Below are positions 53,085 to 64,000 of a DNA stretch of 64,000 nt, one piece after another (the stretch's first letter is position 1; each line of letters begins with the position of its first letter). This DNA is from Amoebidium appalachense. Taxonomy: Eukaryota; Protista; Ichthyosporea. The notes beneath the pieces were generated by a model. It was not told where the DNA came from, did no database searches, and saw only the letters and a program-made list of their open reading frames with translations. The DNA lies in contig CAVNZM010000015.1 in assembly GCA_963693365.1 (NCBI GenBank), forward strand, positions 2,108,001 to 2,172,000, read 5' to 3'. Made by a program: the position numbers and the translations under genes.

Positions 53085-55074
53085 CAAGTTGGCTTGGCAT
53101 CCCCAACAAGGCAACTCCGGATAAGGGAAGGACTTTCTCCATCCAAGTATGTATGTAAAGTTTCGTCACCGAGTAGTCCTTGTTCTGTCCTTGCACTTTA
53201 TTCCATTTGCAGGGTAGGTAGGTGCCATTGCATTTGTAGGTTATGTAGGTGTGTTTGTAGGTTATGTAGGTGTGTTTGCAGTAGGGGAGAGGAACCGAGA
53301 TGGTGTGTGGGGAAGGATGAGTAGTAACCCCAGGGCAGAGAGGGGGGGGGGGGGGGGGGGGGGGGGGATTTTGCGGAAGAGTGTTGACTTTTTTTTTTGG
53401 TGCAGGGGGGGGGGGGGGGGGGGGGGCGGGGAGGGGGGAAGTTTGCAGGTTCTGTAGGTGTATTTGCAGGTTGTGTAGCTGTGTTTGCAGGTAGGATACT
53501 TACTCTGTAGGTTATGTAGAAGCATTTGATGGTTTTGTAAAGGAGATACTCTCCAGATTACACAATTTCACTTGTAGGTTTTGTAGTTGCATTTGCAGGT
53601 TATGGAGTTGTGTTTGTAGGTTTTGTAGGTTCGTTTGCAGGTTTTGTAGGTGTCTTTGCAGGTTATGTAGGTTTGTTTGTAAGGTATGTAAGGGGTACAT
53701 GTAAGTTAAGGAAGGGGTACAAAGGGGGACAGGGGGGGGGGGGGGGTTATCCTTATAGGGGTTACCTTTTTTTTTGCCAGGGGGGGGGGGGGGGGGGGGG
53801 GGGGGCTTCGGATTATGTAGGGGTGTTTGTAGGTTATGTAGGTCCCCTCGATCTTTTTTGTTTGCACGTGCACGCGCGACATGCACACACACACATGTTG
53901 CGCACACATGCACAGGCGTGCGCTGAATGTGTGTGTGTGTGTGTGTGTGTGCGTGTGTCGGTGTGTGCGCGCGTGCGCGTGTGTGCGCGTGTGTGCATAA
54001 ACATGCATGATGCCTAAAAAAAATTGTAGGTGTGGGTATATGTATTCACATGTACGTTCACTGCATCTCTCGGTCGGCAAAGGATACCCAATTGAAAACA
54101 GAGGAAGAAATAGAAATAGAACGAGAGAAAAGATACGGTGTAATGCTGTTGACACATGTTGTAGAACTCCAGTCTGATGATGCCAAACGCAAGTGGGGCG
54201 GGATACCTTCCAGAGAGAAAAACTGCCTGGATAGTGGCGCGATCATACAGTTAGAGCACCAACCACCAACGACAAAAAGATCATCGTCACCCGCTCACTC
54301 CTTAAGAATCAGTAGCCGTTTGCTCTTTCTTGCAGTTTTGTTTACACCTGATTGGTCTAACGGGATTTATTGTTTGGCATGTTCTGTCCTGGTGTGATTT
54401 GCCCTACAAGTGGGTCTTCGCGCTTTATGGTTTGGCATCTGTATTGAAGCCTGTTTAAATCAAGGTTTTTACCAGTTTGTAAAAAGCAATCAAAATAAAT
54501 GATGTAACAGAAAAATTAATATATTGTCAACAACTCCCCTCCACCCGCAGAGAGAAACAAATCCAACCACCCCCACAGAAACACACCCCGTGACTCCCCG
54601 TGGGACGCATTTGCAATTCCGTGGTTTGTGGGATGATAGTGTATTATCAATGTGTCATGTTGATTCACCAAAGTTTTAGTTGGCATTTGTATGCCAGTGT
54701 TGGAGCTGGGGTATTTTAAAGCAGTTTTTCGAAAACAATAAAATCATCGCAAGTTGGAGTTCTGTATGAATACACAAAGCTAAGTTTTTCCATGCACATC
54801 TGCCTTGGTGTCATCTATAAGTGTCCCCCCCCCACCCCCTTCCCCTCCCCCCCCCCCCCCCCCCCCTCCCTCCCCCCCCCCCCCCCCTCCCTGCCCTCCC
54901 TTACCGCACAAACACCCATGGCCAAACAAGCATGCAGAAGCACACATGATGTGAATACCTACTCCCGCCTACCCGCGACATACCGCCACATGCACACAAA
55001 TGCACCCACACACACACACACTTTCACTTTTACATACAAAGTTGCGTATGCGCGCACCTGCACACACATTTTAG

Positions 55075-55106
<32 letters not shown>

Positions 55107-56445
55107 ATCTGGGCCCCACACCTATGCGTTGCATCCTATCCGCAGTTATCCAACCCCCCTCCCCCCCCCCCCATCCCCAACCAGCATGACCACTGACACC
55201 CCCACATTATTCCCCCCCAGTGTTTGTATGTGAATGTGCAGGCTTGTGACCACGTGAGTGAGGTGTGTGTGTGTGTGTGTGTGTGAATATGCAGGTTTGT
55301 GACCGACTTATTATATTAACTTCCAACTTGATTAGTGACTATGTAGGAGGGAGGGATGCAACCAGTAAATGCGGGCTCGGAGATGGAGAGGGGCTAGCAC
55401 AGAAACGCAGGGGAATATTTGAATACCTTTGGTACTATTGCAGACCCGCCAAAGAGGAAGTTCGCAGTGGTAGAAGCCACGGCAGGAGCACATTAGTTGT
55501 TGGTACAGCGTAGAGGACAGGGAAGCCGTACCGGTAGAAGGGGGCAGGGGCACCGTCATGTTGAAGGTGTGCGAGCAGGGAGGGGGCAAAACAACCACCG
55601 GTAGGTACCGTCACTTTGTGGATTCTTACACCGAGTCACGGGAGAGAACTGCGCTACAAGACCCGACATATACTATTTGCAAATGACACGAGCTCGAGTA
55701 GTAGTACAAACACATAGGGGAAGCCCCCCCCCCCCCCTCCCCCCCCCCCCCTCCCCCCCCCCCCCCCTTTGGGGTGCCCCACTGCACCCTACCCCGCCTT
55801 CCCTTCCACACATGTTTCTGTCTTGCACAAGTTTCTGTCTTGCATTCCCTTTGACACACCAATGCACGCACACACACATCCCACCCACGTACAGTAACTC
55901 AACCACCCATCAACCCATGAACACCACATATCCCGACACCCACCCCCACCACTGGTCCAGGTTCCAACCCCAGCGAATTCTCACCCCATCTACGACTCTT
56001 TAACAAACCCACCATCCCCTTCCCCACCTAGGTACATACACTCCAAGGAAAAGTACCTCAACGTTAACCTGTATTAGAATTAGCACCGACATCAGTGTGT
56101 TTGTGTGTACAGGGACGGTCGCCCAGATTCTTAAGATATTACGTGTTTTTCAACTCTAGCCTGCTAAAATCTTAATTTTCGTACCCCTCACCGCTGCCTA
56201 GCCTACACACAATCTTAAATCTATTTACCCCCCCCCCCCCCCCCCCCCCCCCCCGTTGGGCGGACCGCCGTGTGGCGGCGGCCGAATGCGCTTCCACGTA
56301 AGCTCCGTAGTTTCGGGTAATTTTTACATACACATACTATGAATGTATGATTATACGCAAGTCACCCGGGTAGGATTTGAGTATGGTTGGGTGTGGGTGG
56401 GTGGGTGGGTGGGTGGGGGTTTTTCTTTGTTTTGAAGTTTAAACT

Positions 56446-56560
56446 CTTCCGAATGCAGACAGAGGATATTCTTTTTGAAGTGTTGAACCATCTGGAATAA
56501 ATTCCGAATGCAGACAGAGGATATTCTTTTTGAAGTGTTGAACCATCTGAGATAAATTCC
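56446..56560 (+). repeat. 57-bp tandem duplication
   Basis: TTCCGAATGCAGACAGAGGATATTCTTTTTGAAGTGTTGAACCATCTG occurs twice. Confidence 0.9.
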
Positions 56561-57030
56561 AAACATGTGCAGGCTATTTTACTTGGGGCCAAGGCATGCA
56601 AGGCAAATAGCCTCCAAACGCGTGCAGAATTTTTTGTGTTGAGGGTTCAAAATGTACAAGTTTATTTGATTCTGTGACTGCCTCGAAGCAATAAATAGTA
56701 ACAATCAATGCCTTCCGAAGGGTCCAGAGAAGCCAAAGCATATGTGTTTTTTGTACCGTCTGCATGAGTCTAATTCCCTCCAGAAACTGATGAAGCTTTA
56801 TTTGCCTGACATTTTGGTACCGTTCTAGATCTAATGTGTTCTGGCCTGCTAATACCCGCGGAGGAGGGTATTAGCTTAAGCCCTTGGCCAGAAATTGTGG
56901 GCGCCCCAGGTAGTCGCAGGGCAGCACCCCGAAACCTGACCTCGAGCTAAAATCCTGCACGTACGCGTACGGAACTCCAAAAACAATTGTAAACTTTACA
57001 ATTTTTCCCATTATCTGTTACATCACACAC

Positions 57031-57189
<159 letters not shown>

Positions 57190-58503
57190 GTGTGTGTGGG
57201 TCTAGGGGTCTGACTTTGAACTCCGGTTCCTGCCACAGAAACAACGAGCTGCAGGACTCACAAGAGAAAACAAGAAAACTACGTGACCAGGCCTCTGGTT
57301 TTCTGTTAGCGCACCAGGTACATGTATTATTAATCAGTTTTATTGAGATTGGGGCATCAGACAGGGTTAGTAAGAATGGATAGCAATGAGTACAATCGCC
57401 ATAGACACAACGAGATCGTCGCTCAGATAGCTTCGCTGGATACCCAACGAGATGAAACACCACGGAAATTTTTCATGTCTAACTATCACGAATGACTGGA
57501 GTTGGTTCGCTTGACACACAGCCGTGTTCCCTCTAACTACTGAGGCAACAGGTTTGAATGTTACGTGTGTATATTTGCATTTATAGTCAATCGAAGCAGC
57601 GAAAATAAAAGAATCGCAGCTCTGTAGTGAAATTTGGGTGTGGCCCAAAGGGTCGTTAACATTGCATGTTCGAATAGAACGACATGAGGCCAAAGTTTCG
57701 ATAATCTACTGAACTCCACGAATTCAATGTTTGTTCTGTAGAGAGACTTGACTATTGTACTTGTTGGTACACACTAAAATATTACCCCATGTGATATACC
57801 GGGAAATATCACTATAAAAGGGCAAGGCCCGATATGACTTTGGTAGCCCTCGAAGCTTCCGTGCTGGCTTGACCACGTCTTTCGGTGAGCTTGTAGCTGG
57901 TTTACGGTTATGAAGTGGTCATGCATGTGCAGCCGCATACGTGCACTGTCGCACGGGATGCATACTCACACAAACGTGCCCTATGAAAGTGCTCCTGCTT
58001 GGTGACGCACTGTAAGAAGTGCTTGTGTCATGAACATGCACACACACCGGAACTAGGAATGTGCTCCTGTGTGGTGAAACACGATGTGAATGCCGCAGTG
58101 CACTTGCAACAAGTGGGAACATATAGGCATCATGGCAAGCTGCGTAGGCAGGAATACACGCCATCTCATATACAGGTACACGGCCCTTCTGCATTCGTAC
58201 CCATGCACACACACGAACGTGCACATATCCGCCCGCAGGCACGGCACACTCTAGCCCACCTTTAAAAACGTAGAAACATAATTGCTTATGTACTTACATG
58301 TGCCATCACACAAGTCACCCTGACACAGGGCCCATTTGAAGCAGTCACACCACGAACCCTTCACCATGCTCGAGCCTCGGGTGGTATGGCCATAGACTTT
58401 GTTTTTTTGGCCATAGACTTTGTTTTTTTGGTTACGATGAACCATGCGTGCTATACAACACAACACATAACATTTGCTTGCAAGAAGCCAGTCCCCGCCG
58501 CCG

Positions 58504-58557
<54 letters not shown>

Positions 58558-58639
58558 ACCCCCTATCATGAAGGGGTGCGATTTCATAATATCCTTTTTT
58601 GGTCATGTCGAAGCGTCACTAGCTTGATTTTTTGACCGC

Positions 58640-58900
58640 AACGCGATTGGCTTACTAAAATGATTACTTCTTTACCTTTTTCCAAATGCATACTTCATTG
58701 GCTATAGATCATGGCACCTATTGTAGGTTCAAAGTCCTCTGTGCGCTAATCGCTCCCTCCCCTTTCGTTCAAGCTTTTCCAAACCGTTTTCAAAATTTTC
58801 TCCGTTTTCCACTTTATACCTTTTTTTTTTTGGTGCATTTTATAGCCGCGCTATCCACCGGTGCTCTATTTTGCAGCTCTTGGTTGGCCACGCTGCCAAG
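58640..58900 (+). promoter_or_regulatory. Probable promoter and non-coding first exon of the V-ATPase d gene
   Basis: Reverse CCAAT (GATTGG) at 58645, candidate donor AAG|GTGAAT at 58900/58901, and acceptor CTAAC...TTGGTAG at 59332 just before the ATG. Confidence 0.4.
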
Positions 58901-59342
58901 GTGAATGACGGGAAAAAAAATTATAGAAGGCTCTTTCTTCCTACTTGGGAGGCGAATTAGGTGTTTTTGACACCCGAATGGGCTGGTTAGGTGATTGCAA
59001 GTAGTATAGCTGCAGGTGTGTGTGTAGGTTATTTAGAGGGCAATAACAAGCATTTGGATCACTTTTGTTCTCGCATTACATGATCAGTAACACTTTTTAG
59101 AAAGGGAGCCGCATGTTTGTTTCCCTCCGTTGCAGACGAAAGATACCCACATCGATGCAGAGCTGACGTCTCTATTGCTGATTCACAACTTGTCAAGCAT
59201 CAGATTCGTTCCCTTTTTTCCTGAGCTTGAACGCGTGTTTTCAACAGTTTCCCTACCTGATACGCAGGCCCAAGGGACCTGGGTATTGCTTTTCACATTT
59301 ACACACGACTAACACACGCCATTTCCTTGGTAGGTTGCCAAC

Positions 59343-60717
59343 ATGGTGTACCAGACGAACGAGTATTTCTTCCAGGTCAACGATGGTTACACAGAGGGTT
59401 TGTGCCGGGGCTTCCGGTCTGGTATTCTGAACCAGGCGGACTACAGCAACCTGGTGCAGTGTGAGACCCTCGAAGGTGTGTTCCACATGGTTGTTCACCT
59501 CTTTTCTGTGTGTGTGTGTATGTGGTTGGGGGAGGGGGGGGGGGGGGGGGGGGTCCTTGGATTCCTTGTGTGTGTTGAGGGGAGGGGGGGGGGGGGGGGA
59601 GGGGGGGGGGGGGGGAGGGGGGGGATCGGCTGATTCCCTGTAGTGTTGCTTGGGCAACAGAGTGGAGGGTAGAAAATTCTCACATTGGGAACCTCCTTGT
59701 AGAATATTTTTTTTCATGCTCATCAACATAACAAACCACCAGCAACATTTTGCCTGCTTTACCCGTAGACATACTGTTGGTCATCATCCTATACCCATTC
59801 ACATGGTTATCTTCTGTTATTGCGCATCCCGAACACAAGCACCGCCGCACACAAAGAAATCTTGTACTGACGCAGACGTGCATTCTTGTTGGCAACCTTT
59901 TTACCCTGAAAACACACACTTGCAAAAGTTGAGCAGGTAACCTAGGTGTGACGCGCAATTTCGGTTGTCATGCATGGGTCAGGGTTATTGGTTGTGATGG
60001 TACAGAAGTTTTTGTCGTCCTCGTCTCCCCCTCACCCATCTAGCGTGGCCGTTTCTCTACTTCTGGTGTGCTCGTCCCCACCCACATAATGTATACTATA
60101 TGTAGGAGGTAGTTGTGTGATTGATTAGCTCTTGTCGTGTGCAGTGCACCCTTCCCCCTTACTGGTGCTGGCGAGTTTGTGCTTTTGGGACAACGTTTTT
60201 GGCTTTGTGGTGGTCATGATGTTTTCACATGGTCACCTCCCTTCCCCGCAAATGGGGGGTTGTCGGTCAGATTTCGAATTCCGTTTGTGTGCATGTTCCT
60301 CTCTCTTATTGTATGTGCATGCGGGGTTGTCTTATCTCTCTTTCTGGCTTGTGCTTGTGCGTGCTTCTTTCTCCTTTTGTGTGTGTGTTTGCGCGTCTTT
60401 TTCCTTTGGTTCTTTTGAATGAATGTGCGACTGGTCTAACCCCCTGCCCCCCCACTCCCTTCCGTTTCTCTCACCTGCGGATGGTTTTGATTTTTCTTAG
60501 CATCTTATCTTGTTTGTTCATGACGTGAAATGCTTTTGAACTTATGTATGTGCGCTGTAGTCTGATGTGCTGTGCTGTATTGCTGGGTCCCTCCCCATCA
60601 ATGCATAAGCTAGGACACACAAGCACAAACACTCATATACACACACATACCACACACACACGGTGTTTGTTCCGAGATTATACGCCCCCTTTTTTTTTTT
60701 CGGCTTGCCTTCACAAC

Positions 60718-60769
<52 letters not shown>

Positions 60770-60883
60770 ACACACGCACGCACGCACGCACGCACGCACA
60801 CACACGAACATAAAAAAAGACATGGAAAGAGAGAGAGAAAGGAAACACGCATGCACACACACACTAACTAACTACCATCGCAA

Positions 60884-60937
<54 letters not shown>

Positions 60938-60984
60938 AAATGGACATGCACACTTACACGAATCACACGCACACACAGACCCAC

Positions 60985-61022
<38 letters not shown>

Positions 61023-61173
61023 ATAAAAAGAAAGAAAGAAAAAAGAAAAAAAGGGGAAAAAACTGGACTCTGCTTATTATCCATTTTGTAACCCCCTAAA
61101 CCCCTTGCTTACACATAACCACACACGCACACGCACACATACACGCACACGCACAATAACATACACTCACTCA

Positions 61174-61244
<71 letters not shown>

Positions 61245-61759
61245 CCTCCCCCACCACCCACCCTCCCGCTCTCGCTTCCCCTCCCCCCCCCCCCCCCCCT
61301 TTCCCTTCCCCATGCACACACACACGTGTATACACGCACACTTACACGCACACACGTACACACGCAGACCTCAAGCTGCAGATCCAGAGCACGGACTACG
61401 GCAACTTTCTAGCCAACGATGCCGGGCCCCTGACGGTGTCTCTGATCAGTGACCGGCTGCTGGGCAAGTTTGTCGAGCTGTTCCAGACCCTACGGTCACA
61501 GGTCGTCGATCCGGCCGCAACGTTCTTCGACTACATCACGTATGTTTAACCCATTCGGTGTGCCCCCGTATGTATGGCTGGGTGAAAGGAACAGGCTGGC
61601 ACTTCTGCATCGTTTCCAAATATGGGAAATGCATAGCCAGAAAAAAAGGAAAAAGAGGCGAGAGAAAAAAATAAGAAGTCGGGGAGAAAGAGAGTTCGTG
61701 TGTGTGTGTTTGTGTGTGGTGTGGGGGGGGGGGGGGGGGGGGGGGAGGGGGGGGGGGGG

Positions 61760-61841
<82 letters not shown>

Positions 61842-62256
61842 TTGTGGCATATTATATACAGGCAAGTCCAGAAGTCAAATCAAACTTCACTTTTACGACG
61901 TAAAATTGATGTCGTTCACGTTAAGTGACGAATTGTCTTGCAAACTTATGGCCCTAAGCCACCTTTCTGTATGTGCCGGGCCAGTCAAGCTTTGCCTATT
62001 GAATCAAGGGGCAGTCATTGCCTGGAATCTTCATGGTCGTTTGTGGGCACTGCGTGTGCTGGTCTTGTCATAACCAAGAGCTCTCCATTCACTCATATCT
62101 GTTCTTCCTGCCATCCCATTCGCGTCATGACACTTACACGTGCACACACGTACAGATGCACAAGTACACGTACACTTAAACGTGCGCACACGTACACATG
62201 CACATGTACACGTACACTTACACGTGCACACACGTACACTTACACCTGTACACGTA

Positions 62257-62291
<35 letters not shown>

Positions 62292-62499
62292 TCAGCTACA
62301 TGATCGACAACATCATCCTGCTGATCACCGGCACCCTGCACGAACGTGACATCTCCGAACTTATCCCCAAGTGCCATCCCCTCGGGCTGTTTGAGGAAAT
62401 CGGGTCTCTGGCCATTGCCACCACCCCGGCTGAGCTTTATAACTCCGTGCTGGTGGACACTCCACTGGGTATGTTTGGATGGGTTTGGGGTGTGTGTGT

Positions 62500-62543
<44 letters not shown>

Positions 62544-63354
62544 AGGGGGTATTATGTTTATTGAAATTTGGTGCGTGTGTGCCTGAGAATAGGTGTAGGT
62601 GGATGGGTGGGTGGGTCGGTGGGTCGGTGGGTGTGTTTGTGGGCGTGGTTGGGCGGTTGTGTGGGTGGGTGGGTGGGTATGTGTGATTGGGCGTAGGGGG
62701 AGGGAGGGGGGGGGGGGGGGTTGTCTGTTATGGATGAAGGGTTTTTTGAAATTGATGTAGGAGCCGATGGGACTGTATAGGGAGCAGATGGTTCGGACAT
62801 TCGTGCAGTGTGTGGCTGCTAGGGGATTGATGGTGGCCTTTAACTTCTTTTGGCGCACCTACCAGGCCCACTAACACCCGGTGGCAGGAACTCTGTTTTG
62901 GGTCTTTCGTTTTCCCTCATTTGGGGCTTTTCTTTCTCCCTCTTCTGTGTCTCGCTGCACAGTCGACCTGTGCACCCTGCAGTCATGTTTCCTTTCTTGG
63001 CCCGTTGCTTTTTGTGCCTGTGTGTTCCCTTTGTTCGCCCCACCTGACGTGGGATTCATTCCTTCTCACTGTCCTTCACAACATCCCACCACAGACCCAC
63101 ACGCCCATCCTTACTTACACGCATGAACACACGTCCGCTCACGCTCACATGCACACCCACATACGTGCATGCATGCCGGGCGTGTGCACACACACGTTTA
63201 CATGCAAACACATTCACGTGAACACAATCGTACACGCACCCCCCCCCCCCCACACACACACACATACACACCATACACGCATGCATTAACACACACACGT
63301 ACACACACGCATGTGCACGTACCCCCCCCCCCCCCCCCTCCCTACAGACACACA

Positions 63355-63401
<47 letters not shown>

Positions 63402-63581
63402 ACACACACACATACACGTTCAGCGCCGTACTTCAGCAACTGCATCAGCGAGCAGGACCTAGACGAGATGAACATCGAGATCATCCGCAACACGCTCTAC
63501 AAGGCCTACCTCGAGGACTTTGCTCGCTTCTGCAACGAACTGGGTGGCGACACGGCCACCATCATGAATGAAATCCTGGGT
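59343..63581 (+). CDS. ATP6V0D: V-type proton ATPase V0 subunit d (Vma6/ATP6V0D), 3'-partial, 4 exons in window
   Basis: Exons 59343-59475, 61368-61539, 62290-62468, 63424-63581, all phase-compatible. Protein: [62 protein letters not shown]...[40 protein letters not shown]...[44 protein letters not shown], a near-textbook subunit d sequence. Confidence 0.98.
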
Positions 63582-63671
63582 GTAGGTGGCCCCTTGACCC
63601 GTGACACACACGTGCACACACACACACACACAAACATGCACACACACGCTTGCAGGCACACACACACACGT

Positions 63672-63708
<37 letters not shown>

Positions 63709-64000
63709 TACACAAACACAGGCACACGCACATACACAGGCACACACAGCCAAGAACACATACACACACACACACAGGCACATGCACAGGGATATCCACT
63801 TTGATGTGAGCTTGTATGTGCATTTGTGCAAGTGCTTGGCGTGCTCTCTTGCACCGTCTATCAACCTCCTTCCACGGGCCTCTTTCCCCCTATCCTGTGG
63901 TCTGGCCCTGAGGCTGTGGCCTGGACGGTGTTTGTCTTGTGTTTGTACTTCGTACTGTATGTCACGTCTCAATAACCCTGCTCCTCCCCCCCCCCCCCCA

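Larger units (their letters stand above)
45783..53870 (+). repeat. Composite duplicated low-complexity region (two diverged units, the first interrupted by the LTR element)
   Basis: 45790-45930 resembles 52614-52748 (TCTTGTTCTGTTTCTTT.GTCAGTTTTTGTTTCT.GGCTCTTTTTGCTCGGTTCGTTTCCTG). The GTAGGTTATGTAGG-type blocks at 47610-48300 and 51862-52390 resemble 53225-53845. Confidence 0.6.

Overview
Eukaryotic, intron-dense genomic DNA. A unicellular holozoan (choanoflagellate-like) source is my inference, not something the sequence proves. Almost all ORFs in the supplied track are artefacts of (CA)n/(GT)n, (CT)n and poly-C/poly-G tracts. Manual splicing gives three clear genes: (1) the 3' part of a Sec12/PREB-like WD40 membrane protein (+, 267-7833, 11 exons); (2) a 25-exon PH + CDC25-type RasGEF (-, 29793-10668); (3) the 5' part of V-ATPase subunit d (+, 59343 to beyond 63581). 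Between the second and third genes lie a decayed LINE (APE + RT fragments), a divergent and probably broken HECT ubiquitin-ligase-like gene, a MITE-like foldback, several minisatellites, and a very young non-autonomous LTR element (480-bp LTRs, 5-bp TSD, tRNA-Arg PBS) inserted into a 66-bp minisatellite. The most intriguing signals are: a dispersed ~100-120-bp repeat that ends in GCATTC(T/A)AACC followed by poly(C), including right behind the LINE fragment (candidate poly(C)-tailed or C-tract-targeting retroposon); a strong C(n)->A(n) polarity of homopolymer junctions; and introns whose acceptors often lack a polypyrimidine tract, sit directly on (CA)n, and face complementary GT/G tracts at the donor end.
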